Shown piece after piece: positions 15,801 to 30,800 of a stretch of 64,000 nucleotides of DNA (positions within the stretch are counted from its first letter, which is position 1; the number at the start of each line of letters is the position of its first letter). A program made the translations under genes and the position numbers. Origin of the DNA: Ophelia neglecta (Eukaryota); NCBI GenBank assembly GCA_965285935.1, contig OZ260664.1, forward strand, positions 66,278,001 through 66,342,000, given 5' to 3'. The notes below the pieces were generated by a model that did no database searches, was not told where the DNA came from, and saw only the letters and a list, made by a program, of their open reading frames with translations.

Positions 15801-18800
15801 CAAGAGCCGTGATAACTCATATTCATTCTCATTGGACAGCTTCAGACACACCCAACCCATATCCGGTCAATGGATAGTAAATAAAACATCCAATAAAATG
15901 ACAAACAATTCATCCATCCCCTGTGTTAAATGGTCTAGTAGGCCTAAGTACCCATGTCTATAATTATATTAACAGTATTTTTACATCACCAAATTATATA
16001 TGAATAAACATCATATATTAGAGCCCTGCCCCAATGCTACCTGATCAATGATCAAAAGCCAAGGATCAAGATCTGTAAACTTATATCTAGATCTTGAGCT
16101 TGATCTGTGTGTGGCCTGTGGTATAATACCGGGTAGGTGTAGAGATAGACTTACATGTTTATGGCAGTTGATCTGTATTTCTACAATTTAATGGCTGATC
16201 TTTGAAACCTAAAGCTAGAAGCTACAAGTCACACATGGAGGGGGGGATCCAGTCTGAGGTCGGTGAACCGGAGACAAAAGTTTGCTCACCTCTTCGGACA
16301 ATCTTTTCGCTCACCCACTCATAACCAGGTCATGATCTAGTAGCCAGCCTACTGGAAAGTTTAGTATGATGAACATACCAGATTTTCTCAATGGTGTGAT
16401 ATAGATATTGAAATTTTCAATCCTAAAGTGTGTATTTCCATTGTAATTAAGAGGTCTTTGCAGACCATGAAACAATGAAACTAAACAATCACTACTGTTC
16501 ATCTGGGTTGACCTGATTTGGTGTGGGGTAGATCTTTTGTCAATAATCAGCCTATAAAATCATGCCTTATGCAGCTCACTGACAAGGATCAAGCCTTACA
16601 AGAACAGAGAAATGGGACGAAAATTTGCGTTTTTGCTCTAAATATTTCATTTTTCATTTCAAGCATGGGTATATCAGGCTAGCATTGAGTTAATTATGAT
16701 AAAAGATGAAATGATGAAATGTCCTTTCCATTAGATAACTATTCAACATTTTGAATTTTTGTCAACAAGTTTGCTTTCATTGCGATGTCATGTCCCATTT
16801 CTGGCAGATTCTTATCACAACTTCCCAATTTTCTCCTTTCAAAAAGTAATTTCATGTACGATGCAACTTCAAAGGATTTAGATCTAATCAGTGAAGTCTT
16901 GCACCTTGTAAAGTTGTCTCATGACTAATGAAAACCTCAACAACTACCCCTGTAGAGTGAAGATGCTACGATATTAATCAAATCAGATTGTAGTCTACAG
17001 ACGGAACTGATGTCACTAGTTAACACCCTTTCCTTCTTTTTCTTCAGAAATACCAAGCATGCCAAAAGCATATATCTTTTCACTTTGAAAAGGGCACAAG
17101 TCTTCTGGGGGTTACCCATTCTTAGGTGGCTGAAGGACACCCCTGAGCCAAAGGGCCACCCACAAGGACATGTCTCAGGAGCTAAACTTTGTAATATGAT
17201 AGATCAGTTTGAGACTGTTCTGGTTATGGTAAGAGTATATCTTGGACTTTTTTGAGAATAAATATTCCATTAACCCACAGGTAGTAGCCATACCATAACA
17301 TTGGTCTGATTGTTCTTGGCAAAAACAATACTGCCAGAAAAGGAAAGGAAAGTTATTACTCAGGTGCATGTGCAAGTAGCAATACTAATCATTCATCATT
17401 AAATAAAATAATTTAGGGGATTTACTAGGGGAAAGAAAGAAACAAATGGTTTTTTTTTGTAATTTAAACTGAACTGGACCTGGGGGAGACATTGTAATGA
17501 GTTTTTTGTTTGGTCTACTAACCTTGACTGTGGGAGAAAATAGAGCTGCCACAGATGTTTGTAGTTTGGAGGGAAGAGGGAGTTTATGGACTTGACTGTC
17601 ATCTCGGAGACAGGTCTGGACACTGCTTTTACAGAGGAACTGCAGACTGGCCACCCGCTTGGTCACCCACGCAGTGTAGATATGACAGCCAACAGCCAGA
17701 AAGAGGCGCTTGTCATTGTGACCCCAGGTCAGAGCTGTGACTGGCTTACCCTGGAAAATATATGAATTCACATTGATTTAATAAAATGTGATCAACAACA
17801 AAAGACATATTCTAATTGAATCAAACTGAAGCAAAATAAATCTGCATTTTCAAAGATGTTTACGTTAGGGTTAAGCGAAAAGCACAAAACCCACAGCCAA
17901 TGGCAATACACGTATACAAATTACAGTTTCAAAAATTGCTTTCTAAGAATAATGTTTGTAGAAGTATACAATCATAAGGAGTAAATGTTAAGCTCATTTC
18001 ACCTGAAGAGGTATAGGAAGACTAAACCGCAGCTCAGCAGTTTTGTTATAAAGTCGCAGCTCATTACGGCACTCGAGATTGGGCAGACGGACAAAACCTG
18101 CCACTGCTAAAATCTCACCATCATTGCACCATTCTAACTTCACCCCTGCAACAAAATATCAGGATATTTTCCCCCACAATGAATATGGTATTTAATAGGT
18201 CAATTGAAACATTTCTCATAAATGAGATCACTTAAATAACATATCATTACATAACAAAATTGCCAAACCTGGCAAAGTCACAATTCAATTATTAAAAATA
18301 ATAATGGATATTACACTATAGATATTCCTTGAAAAATTAGTTGTTTGACACATGGTTGACTTACCTGTTAACTGAGTATTTATAATTTTTGGACAGAGAT
18401 CATCATAGTTTGACATGAGGTAAATCACTCCACTTTTGAAACATATGGCCAGTGCATGACTTTTGTCTTCTTGGTTTGCTAAAATAAAATAGAAAGCTTT
18501 TTTTTACAATACAAAATAATAAAATGTTTACTGGCATGTTAATCACTTTGGTTATGTTTCTTTCCTTTTGGAGAGTCCACAGAACACATTTCTGCATTAG
18601 CTGCACTGGATCCCTGTTGCTTAAAGAGCAAGTATTAGATAGCGCATCTGACATTCAAGCCTCTGCATAGCCTGTACATTTCAGAACTTATTGATATTAG
18701 CAAACATGAAGTTTACTTAGACCAGAGTCAGAACATCTTCTCATGGTTCTAAAGTTGAGATAGGTCACTGCAGGCCTTTCTATATATGGACCTAGAACCA

Positions 18801-21800
18801 GCTGTCTGGCAGCCTGAGTTATACTGAGTCACTATATCAAGGCTTAAGACCTATTTCTTCCAGCTCGCTGTCTAATTGCTGATTGAACAGAGATAAATAG
18901 GCGCAACTATATGTTTTAGTTTGGCTTTTAATTCTTTACCATGTGCATTCTATTCAATGTACAATGAGGTTGTTATGTATCATACTTTCTCCCTTACTCC
19001 CTACCAATTTGAGCCCCTTTGAAGTAGTGGAGGACATGTCCCAATGCATATAACCCAAATTATTTCAAGAAAAGGTTGTACAAAATTAATATTTAGTACC
19101 AGTTTAGGAATTTGAAAACAGTTTGAATAAATGAATTTTAATGATTTAATATTGAGGTTGTTTTTGTGCGAAAGCAGTCGGGCTTGAATAACTGACCTGA
19201 TAGAAATCTGATGAATTGGACACCGTTTCAATACTTCCTGAGATGATTCAAACTATTATTAATAAGCATTAACAGATATGGCACACTGTCTGTGGCTGAG
19301 AGGAAAGACAAATTGTGGATTTAATCAATAACAAAAATCTGTTTCCTAGCACAACATTTGATCTGAAACCTCTACCCCCCCCCCCCTCTCCCCTCCCCTA
19401 GTAAAAAGTAAAATGAGATAATTATAACATTATAACTCAACAAAATAAGTAAGTCAAACGGAGGCTAAAACTTCACTAGTTCTAGATTTGAATCAGAATC
19501 TTCCCACTTTTGAGATCTATAGCTGTGATCCTCATTCTGGACTTGATTATGTTCTTTCCACTTAAACCCACAGTCCCCACACCAGTTACACAAACTTTGA
19601 CAGAGCTGAAATGAGTTTATTACACTTTTCCGTCAAAACAGAACCAGTTTGTGCTTCTCAACTCTGACAGTTTTGAAATGAGGAAAAAAGTTATTGCTTT
19701 CTGCCTTGACATGAGATGGTCATCAAGTATTCAGGACGACATGCCGGTTAAGCCATTTCTCAGTATCTAATGGCCGTACCCCATCCTGACGCTGACTCTT
19801 TAAGGAATCAACAAGTCTTTGCCTGCACTCTTCTCCTTAACAACATTCTTCCCCAGCAGATGTGCCATCAAAAAGTTAAGCACCCATCACCTGACCAGAC
19901 ATGGCCATAAAGCCCTACTTATCCTTGTACATGATTCTGTATAACAATCTTTGAGAAAAAAGGTCAAAGCATCAGCCTCTATTCTTAGAATAATCTAGAA
20001 AATAAAATGAGTTATGCCAGTATCTTATATGCATACTTTGTGCATAATTTGAAAATTTGTACTATTTAAACATCTTAACCTGGAAAATTATCCAATTAAA
20101 TATTAATTAATTTAATGGGAGAAACTGACGAATCAATTACAGACATATTCGTTTTTATGTGGAGTGTCAGGTAGATTAATAAATCTAGTAAAACTCCAAA
20201 TTGTTAGATACCCATCAGACCTGTTGACAACAATGAATTTATCTCACAAACTACACCCCTACAGCATGCCAGATGTGATTAGGGATTCATGGTTTCAATG
20301 TGGATATAGAAATAGCTTATTACATATGATATGAAAATCCAGATTATAAATGTCAATTATTCAAGAACTAGGAAAGGGTGTCTCTCTAACATAGAGTGTT
20401 ATAGGACAAAGTATAAGAAGGGAAGATCTGATAAAATTGAGAATGAATAGCTGAGAGAGATGTAAAGTGCTTGTATGTTTCGTTTTCCTTGACCTAGAAT
20501 GATATTTGTCATTGAAGCTAATTCATTGGATTCAATTTATTGGTTGCAAGACTGGCTCGATTAATCAATTTCAAGGTCAGATATATAACGCAATTGTTCA
20601 TCATTTATGGACAGAGGTAGCTGTAGCTCTGGCAATTCTCACCAGAGGGGCAGTGAACCTGCAACAGCACATAGACCTTAACTTGTGCTACTCAGGCAAA
20701 TACCGGTAAGTAATATGTCTTGCACCATAGTTTTAATCTTGCGATCCATGCCAAACAATAATTTCAACTGCAGTATAAAAGGTTTTCTTAAATTCGTATT
20801 TAGTTTTTAAGTGGACAGTCAGTTTTCAACCCACATACATGTACCTACAGCTAAATAAATAAATAGCTTGATTGCTCTTTGTTGTCTGTTTGCTATGCCA
20901 ATCCTGCAGAGGAAATTAGTTGGCAAAAAGAGAATGCAACCAAACTATCATTACCTACATGTGCCCACTGTACATGCACCATCCTCTACCACCTGGTGTC
21001 CACAAACTTCCACAGCCTTATGCCATTTGATATTTAAGTTACTGATTTGCCAGAGGATTATCCGACATACTGCTCAGTGCTCAGTTGTATTGGCTTAGAT
21101 ACCGTCTGGAGTGAAAAGCTTCTACCCAATTTACTTCTCATGCTGTTCCAGTTCCCTCTATTTAGGTCCACCTCCAGAGATGGGGGAGAAAGTTCAGCAG
21201 GAATCAGACATAGCCAGCTTAAAGTATTTCTTACTGGTGCAGAATGCCGATTGTTCAACCATTGACAGGACATCATTTCACTTTCATGATTTCTATAAAA
21301 AACTTGAATTTCTGGAGTAAAATGACCTTTGTTTACAAATGCGCACACATATAGTTCCATCTTGTATCATGAAAGGCACTGCTGCATTAGCTTCAATTCA
21401 CCAACCCTAAAAGAATGTTTCCTAATGATTGCAGAATGATATCTGACTGGTTGCATGACAGCAGAGCCGTGGGCATTTCCCACTGCGAGTCTCCCAACCA
21501 CAGTGTTCTTCCACGAAATATTTAAACAATACCTTTGTGGGTACAGGCCCTACTTGTTCCCGGTTATGTTCCATTTCTGTTGTGGTCCAACCCTACATTT
21601 TACAGTCTTAACAGCTAAACATTGTTTGTCAAAGAAGGCTAAACACATTGCCGATATGGAAAAAGCAGACACAGCCCTGCTCATGCTCTATCACAAATAC
21701 AGTCCCCAGACAGTAACTGTCCAACAGGACAGACTGAAGACGGTGTTATTTAAACAGTGAAAGCAAACGCCAGGCATGGGTTAGGCCTTGGCTTATAAAT

Positions 21801-24800
21801 GACTGACATTGCAGATTATTTTGCTGCAATATTCACTTTCCCCCAACCTTCTTATTTTCTCCCATTTACACAATGCCCTGAAGGCAGCTCATCCTTCAAA
21901 ATATGGCTGCTGACGCCGGGCCTGAGACAGAGCTTCCCTAGCCAGCCAAAAAACTTGAGATGGTTTGTCTTGGTAGAAGCTTCACCATGGGAAGCAGCCT
22001 CCCCAAGATTTTTGTTGTCTAATTGTAGCTTAATTATTGTTTACTATTTTGTAAGTTCTGCTAAACTCAGCAAGACTCAAAAATCCAGAAGAAGTATCAA
22101 AATTTCATTTTTTTTTCTGGACATATACAATATGTTTTTTTCTTGACATGTAAAATATATCCTTGGAGACAAGGGAAGGTATGTAATGTGCTGAAACGAA
22201 AAAACTTATTCCTTTACCGTTGATCGGGTTAGGTTCAGATGATGTGAACTGGATTGTGACGAGTGGGGAAAGATCCAGGTATATGGATCTCTACTGGCAC
22301 AGTTGTCTGCATAAACTTACCCGGTATATTTATTTTTACACAATCTCATAGTATGTTTTAACTGTGATACTCAAATACAGAATTTGCTGTACCACATCAC
22401 TATTCGATATATAATTGACTTCTTAATCTTAGTAGCAACATTTAGGGCATATTTTTTTCCATTCAACGAACAAAAACTTGCATTAAAAACTAACATTTTC
22501 AACTAACTAATGTTTGGCATGCCAGCCATCAGGACTGTAAGATTGTGCAAGACACATGTACCACAGTTCAAACATATGCTAGACAGGCAACATTTAGCTG
22601 TCCCCGTTTAGATGTCTTGAGTGAGTCCCATATCTAGACTGCCCTGCTGAATGCCCTAAAGCCTTCCCTTCAGCTTCAGGGCATACTTGTACCTAGGCCG
22701 GTGTTGCACAACATCTGACTGGTTCAAACATGGTGTACCTCATGCCACAGCCTCTACACAGCTGTATCCTTTTATTTAGTTTTATGTTTGTACTCTGAGC
22801 ACCTTCGACGACTTTGTGCTTTAATGTGGAATTAAAATCTGCAAATGTTTGTAAGACTTCTGACAGGATGATTATTAATATCCAATAAGAGACTGTGCTG
22901 TCCAGGCAATAAGAGCTCATTGAAAACCCTTAAGATGGCCTCCATACGCTAAAAATTGGTAGTATTAAGGCACTAATACACTATAATACAGACAAGCATT
23001 ACGAGGAAAATCACATCATTGGAATGGGGAGTATTAAAGCTAGTGTAGATGGCTATAACCAAGAACCCATTAGCATCCTTTGATGGCGTATGATGGATTG
23101 AGTTTCTGACAGCACCGGTGACAGAAGTCATTCTATGTAGCAAGCGTCAGGCTGACAGGCAATTATCAAAAGAAGAAGGGCAAGGATTTTACAAGGAAGC
23201 TCCAAGGTGTGGCAATAAGACTAAGAAAAAAACAGGCCTAGGGAAAAAAGATATAAAAATGCAATCATGTCACCGATTGATGGCAAAGGAGTGAAGTAAA
23301 GGGAAATAATTGAAGCTCCAAAAACCTGCCTTAATATTGCAATTCCATCATGTATACAGGCCAGTGCTGCTTCTGACAAGAATGGATAGAGCTGTGGCCA
23401 GGATTAAATGGCCAACTCCAAGCACATAAATCTCCAATGATTCTCACCATAATTGCTAATTGAGAGTTTTTCTGAAAACTTGCGCAAGAGAGCACTTGAT
23501 TTATTCCCCCGAAACCTCAGTTGCATGATTAATATGCAAATTGCATACACAGCCACTAGGTTAGGATTGAAGAATTCATGTTTTACATAGTACATTCTGA
23601 TTTGTTATCAAAAAAAAAGTGTGACATTAATATTTTTTCAAAATCACAGCACGAGGCGTACCTGAGGTTTTGTGCGCTTATTGACGTAATCAAGTTCCAA
23701 TTGGCTAGTCAAAGTGAAGCTTCATCTGTTGAAGAAAGGCTTCAGTCTATTGTCTAAGTTAATTCTAAAAAAGATTAATCTTGCAGCTGAATATTTCTCT
23801 GGAGAACATCAAAAAAGTTGGAAAAGATGCACAAAAATGGAATTTCATCATCATTGTGCAAACAGAAGGAAAAATGTACAGTACCTGGGTACTTGGTACG
23901 TAAGGCAGAACTAGATCTTCAATATTTCCAACTGTATTCAATTTATGATTTTAGTGAGTATTAAATATACTAGCATTCGATCAAACACTTGTAGCCATGC
24001 ATATTAAGGCCTTTATGCTTTGATTAATAAGTTGTACAATGCTCCCTTGTACAATGCACACAGGAACATAATAGGGCTGAAGATTCAAAAAAATTGCTTT
24101 GACAAATTTCCTATCAAATTAAAAGACTCTTATATACTTTCATCTGAAGTAATTGTAACCTTAGAAATTATCAAATAGTTGCCTAAATACATCTATGTGT
24201 CTAAACTGCAAGCTGCATATATTGTAGAAAAGTATGTTCCATTCCAACATAAATCATTTAGACTATACTCGATTATAACTCTTCATTCTGCTATTTCACC
24301 AAGAAATTTTACATGAATTCCATATTGTCACAAATGTGAGTACCACAAAGAACCAGAAGACTCTGGCAGGATTATTTTTAAAGCAGAAGCCAAATATTCC
24401 AAAGAAAAAGAAAGGAACTTGCCTACAATTCCGCCTGACATCTACATGTCAAAAAAGGACAAAGGCATCACAGCAACTTACAATTTTTTAACTAGTTGTT
24501 TGTTATAAGTGTCACATATATTTTGTCAATGTTTAGATCGCTCAGAAATAAGCATAATTTTAGTTATTGTAGGCATTGGGAGTAAGGCTTAAAGAACAGA
24601 ATGGTCCATAAACATCGCAAACAATCCCAATATCAATAATGGAATGTCAACTCCTATCCAAAGTTTGGTGACTTAAGTAGATGGATCGTGGCTTAATTCA
24701 GCCTAAAATACTGAGGTTGTTAATATGGCCAAGGCACTGCAGGATATCATGGGCAACTAGCATATGGAATCAGGTAGGTAAACACTTGGCATGGGAAGAC

Positions 24801-27800
24801 AGTTTAGAAGCTTGTCAGGAAGAGATAAATGGCTGCCTGTGTCAGAGGTTGCTGACAACTAGAGAAAACCAGAAAGAGAGGCCATGAGATAGGCCATGAC
24901 TGGAAGTCCAGGACACTACCACAAAGTATCTGCTGCTATGAATGGAAGTCAAATTACATGAATCAACACAACTGACTGGGCTAATTTAGTGACTGGCTAA
25001 ATACTGTAAAACATGAATGATACAGGTGTGAATAGCTACAGTATTATTGTTAAACAGATTCAGATCACTCACATATTGGTTCACTTACATCATACTTCAT
25101 GTACAATAGTTTACTTGTTTATTGAACTAAGTAAATACCCTTTATCTACATTTCAGTATTTTTTGAAGACTGAAATGTCACTGTGTATTCCGTAAGCATT
25201 TGCAGCTTCATTGTCTGTAATAGTGGTATGTAAAATGCACTACAACACATTAATAAGTGTTTTGAACCAAGCAAACTATTTTTATCTTTGAATGCACCAT
25301 CAAACATTAAGAAACTAGACAATACAAGTCAGTGCTTGTGAGGCTGAAGTAAACACAGCCTAAAGTGCCTATTGAGGAGAATGAGTAAAAAAACAACAAC
25401 AAAAAAACAAAAGATAAAGAAAGAGAACATCTCGGTTAACTTCAGTCGTAGAGAATCTGATAGACAATAGTTTTTTTCGGCTCTGTTGTTCAGCAACAGT
25501 AAAGAATTGATTCCTATTTGAATCTAGGTAATATAACTGTCCAGAACTGGCTGCAGACATCTCCAAGAATTTTAGAGTGGCTAGACCTCTGGTGATATAA
25601 ATCCATGCCAGGTGTGGGTAGGTGACATTGAGAGACTTTATAGGAAGAGACAAATCTGGTCTGGCTCGAGTGGAGGAGTTTTGTGTAGGTGACATTTATA
25701 AGGAGAGACAAACCTGGTCTGGTTTGTGTAGAGGAGTTTGGTACATCTGCTTCCTGCTCACTGAGGTAGAATTTCTCACATGACCAGGCCATGTTTGTGA
25801 TCTCAATGTTCTGTACCACAGACACCTGTGTCAGCATCGCTCCGTTAGAACTCATCACTATCACCTGGCCATCTGTAGTGCCAAACATCACCTAAGGCCA
25901 AAAACAAAGCTTTCCATTTTATAAATTACTTTAGTTGAAATATTACACTATTTCTTTCTTCCAAGTATTACCAGGCAGCCAGTAATTCTTTACAAAGCTG
26001 TTCCTAAATTATCTTGGTCGAAATGGAATTAGATTGAGTTAAGTGATAAGCACACATACAAAGTTGAGTTTCTTTGCAAACTGCAGACATTTATTTGACT
26101 TACTTTCTGGTCATCCGGGGTCCATACACCACAGGTGATGGTACACCCATCCAGGTTGAGCATGGAGGACCAGTACCTCTGGCCAGCCACAGAGCCAACC
26201 AAGACAAACCCATCTCTGTAGCATATCAATGCCAAACGACCATCATGAGACCAGGCAAAATCAGTTACCTGTAGAAAGGTACAGTGGGAAACAACTAAAA
26301 CTACATGTATACAATTGGCATCATTCATAGTTAACATATCTGTGGAGAAATAAATGAATGTTTAATGTACAGAAAATAAATAATTACTTTTGGACATTAT
26401 ATCACTAATTTTCAATATGACAACATGGGAGGCTACCCAATCACTGGATACACAGACCAACATAAAGAGTTAATGAGTGTCTTGGTTCCTGTTATAGGTA
26501 GTCTTTAAGTCATGGGCTAAATAACAATGAATTGGGATAACTTGAAATATGAACTTATGCCTAAAACTTGCCTAAAATAACTTTTGTCAATTTTTTGCAA
26601 ATAAATTCAGGAAAGGCAATTTCTACAATTGTTTATAGTAAATCACTAATGTGTGCTGTATTTGGCTCAATTTATAATTTAATTTTAGCCAAAAGGTTAA
26701 ATTCTATTTGACTTACAGGGAAGTGAGGTTGCTATACATTTTAGGCAAGGAACGGTTGAGGAGCTATTAGGTTATTAAATATGGCACAATATTAACTGAC
26801 CGATGCTCTGATCAAACATAACGTCCTAGCCACATTAATCTTCATACCTGACTGCTGCGGTCATTGATGAGTTCAATTGACCACCTGCCTTCATGTTTAA
26901 TCCAAACAAAGATCACACCGGTCACATCACAAGTAGCCAGCTTCTGGTAAGGTTCATTCCATCGCACTAAGGCAACCTGCAAGGAAGAACATCATCTGTT
27001 ATGTATGATCTAATCTAAACAAAATATTGGGCAACCTAAAAATGAATAATATATTCACCATTAAATTTGTTTGGCCAACTCAACTCTGGTGGCTAATACA
27101 ACCATAATACCAGGTAAACTATTTGAAATATAAAAAAAAAACCAATATTGTGTGAGGAAACAAGATGATTGGCTCATAGAACGGGCCCCTGTTGCAGAGA
27201 TTATGCTATGGCAAATAACTTATTCAGGACCAGTCAGTGCATGGAAGTCCTGCTTTAAATACATTAATACTCAACACAAAAAGTGTAGTGCTCCAACAAG
27301 GGAAATGGTATATACATGTACATGTATGAGTAAGCATGATAAGGTACTTTCATGTTTCCCTAAATATCAATAAATTGCACATGAGATTTTCACACTGATA
27401 GACCGCCATTAATAAACCAACGTAAAGAGGAAGAAAATGTAGTCCCAAGTTTCAATCCACCGGAAGCAATGCCCCTGACAATGCTGTAATGAGTTTATCA
27501 CTGCTTTGAAGTTGCACAATAGATTTTATCAGCCATAACTATTTTCTTAAAATCAGCTGAACAGAATCAAAGCTCAAACACATAAAAGATCAATACTGAC
27601 ACTAAACACAGAAGATACCAATACACGGTAGCTTGTAGAAAACAAATAAACAGTGTGCATGGAAAATTAAACAAAAACTCAATGGAATTCCTGATGTTTT
27701 TTTGACTTGTAATGGTGCCAGGCTGATCTTAAGCATCACCGATTATCCAAATTTGAGGGAAATACAGATGAAAAAAGGGAGTACCTTATATCTAATTGTT

Positions 27801-30800
27801 CATCCAAGTCACTTCTGATCTTTGACATTTTGGTTTTGGGGTTTCATCTAAATGAAAGTCTTATATCTCAAGTTGCCTGGAGGATGTGCATATAAATTAA
27901 ACAGGCCCATCCGTGACAGACAGATGGAGAACAGCATGCTTTTTTGGTACAGTCTGTCATCTTTATTTTACACATGATCAGGTCAAAGCAAGCCTTCTGG
28001 AAATTCTAGTTAAAAGATGGGCACTGAGGCTAGAGACTGGTAGGAGGTCGTCTGTCACCTGTGACTGAGGCCTTTCAACTTAAAAAGTCAGTTTTCATCT
28101 GAATCTGGAAATTCTAGCCTAGTTTTCTCTACTCCTGAGACTCCTGAGACTACTGTGGTTACAAGGTTGCTCCCAAACTCTCATTTCCATTTCATTTTCA
28201 TTAGAGGGCACAAAACTTCCCTTGATATGTTCAGCATTAGGTACTTCAGGTCATTAATAATTCTGAGGCACTAAGATTGAATTGATTTTTCTAGAGCAAT
28301 TTTCCAAGAGTTTTGTATAAAACACTTCTCAGATGAATGTTTACTGTAGAGAGTAACCTATGAGGATAAAACAGTTTCCATGGTGCAGGAATGAATTTGC
28401 TGCCAATAACTGCCTTAGTTTTTTTTTATGTTAGCAATGTATAAACAATGACTATAAATGTATTGCACAGAGATGAATTTTTCATAATACCCATTGCAGA
28501 TGTGATGCATAACTCCATTCTGATTCACAGTCAAGAATAATGAGGCTTCTATGTAAGCCACAATTTATTTTGCTGAAATAAGTAGGAATATTTCACATCG
28601 AATAACACGGTTCTTTTCTTAGCAATTGCATAGAAATAGAAAGTTAATCTTGTTCCATAAAAAAACCTTCCCTATTGCTTCAATTGACATCTGGCTATTG
28701 GAAAAAAAAAATTACCTAGCGGTATAACTATTAGCTGACATGTCTGAAGGAGACTACAATTACCATGATATATAGTTCATTCTTGGAAAATACATGTATA
28801 TGTTTATAGACTCCATTTGATTATAAACAACTCATCTTTTCTGGTAATCAATTTGTTCCATATTACAGATAACTGTTTTGGTTATTTATGCTAGTCCAAG
28901 ATCACCACTAATGGTGATTCACATGAAATCTGGCCCTGAAGCAGTATCTCAATTATGATGATGGTCAGGCACACGCAAACCATCAATATATTGTCCATAT
29001 TAACACACCCAGCCAGATTTTAAGATTATAAAAGTTTATAGCTCATTGGACTACTTTTGTCACTATCAAGTGATTGGAGTCAATTACTGACTTTGTCATT
29101 GTCAGTGATATCCTAATTGTTATTGATCAGATTCTCTTAAGCTTTCTCATTAATCAGGCCAGCAATGAGCAGAGTCAGAGAGCTCTCAAGACAGACATAG
29201 CCCACATGTACCCAGACCACCCTCTACTGTAACAGTCCATACAGAGGATAGCAACATGCCCCCGCAGACCAACCAGGAAAAATGCTATGATTTCATACTT
29301 GAGTCCAGCACCCTAGACGAAGTGCTCATGGCTAATTTTCCATGGTGATTTATTAGTCTTTACTTGTGTCCAGGAGTGATTATCGCTGGAGATGGGTCGG
29401 CATTGTGTATACATAGCACCAATCTAATTTAATGGTAACATCAGCCGTGTCTATGCACTTAGGCATGGGAATAAGCCATCAATTGAATGAATAATTTCCA
29501 TCATCCTTTGTCTGCAAACTTGTGCATGCAGAGAGGGATCTACAAGCACTGTGCCTCTGGGAGTTAAATGATTTAGACATAGTTGGAGCAAATGCACTTT
29601 AGCATATTTGAAATGTGATTGTATACAACAATAAAGTTTCAACACAATTGTTCACAATTATGAAAAAGACAATTACGACTCAAATCTAAATTTCTTTCTT
29701 TGCTGTGGTTATTTTGGCAGTGTCATTAACAGCAGCTTCAGCAGAAATTATTTCATATGTTAGAGATCCAGAAGAAAAAATCAGACTTGATCCAATTTCC
29801 TAGCAGGTGTCTCTATACAGCCTCCAGGATCAAGTAATCTCCACCTCGCAAGCACTTCACACGTATTACGAGAATTACTGTCAAGTTTATCTAAGTATTT
29901 ACAACTAATGTCATCCAGGTCATCCAGGTATGGCAAGCAAATGACTAGGAAACTCCTTCGACACAAAGCAGCCTCTTTGTCAGTGGTTAATTGAAGAGGT
30001 CTGACAAGGCCTCTATGCCTAACCCAGCATGTTTTAGCACCATTATGTGAACTCGGTACAGTAAATATTCTCCACAAACTGGAACTGCTTGCAATTTGAT
30101 CAATATTTTTTCCGTGCTCTCTACTTTCCCCTATCCTGACTAAGAATAAGAAGGCTGCTCTTTTGGCCAAGGCGTTGATGAGGACTGGTTAAATGGCACA
30201 TGAATGAGACTGAAAAACATAACTGTCATCAACTGAAATTGGAATATTATGCTTCAGTGCCAAGCTATAGATTTTTAAACTCAAAATACCACTGTACTGA
30301 TTTCATTTCAGAAATGAATGGAGCTGACTATTGGCACTGAATCTAAAAATGAACACTGATAAACTATTTTATGGACATATCTTAAAATGGATTACCTGTG
30401 AACATTTCACTCATTTCATGCGTTCAAATCCTACTTATGTTTCAGAGTGATGCCTACTATTCTGAACTTTTGTTCTAAATGAAATAAAAGTCAAGAAAAT
30501 TAAAAGTCAAGCAAAAATCACATTCTAAAGCACCCAGTAATACTTTTTTTTTAATAGTACATCACAATATCAACCTTAGTGCTGTCACAGTTCACCTGCC
30601 TGAAGCAGAAATGAGTCCAATATTCAATGCACCATGACTGCTACTGAACATAGAGGAGTAACGTTTGGATTTTATTGGTACAAAGAGTCAAGAGGATGGA
30701 TTATAAGCAGGCCCCAACTAAGCCACAGACCACTCCACTCAGAATGTTCCCTGTAATGTGCCCATAATGCCCCAATCATTCAGTGTCTACACCACTAAGC

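Noticed and set aside
19700-19920. RTE-LINE 3' fragment (YGHV-like peptide on the minus strand); similar hint near 24700-24950
   Set aside because: Too degenerate to support without a database search.
22218-22306. Extra TULP4 exon between coding exons 4 and 5
   Set aside because: The 89 nt would shift the frame, the pyrimidine tract is poor, and exons 4 and 5 already join in phase.
29781-30170. 129-aa ORF and other 60-150-aa intronic ORFs in the track
   Set aside because: No recognisable motifs, many use non-ATG starts, and there is no splice or phase support. Their number is consistent with chance.
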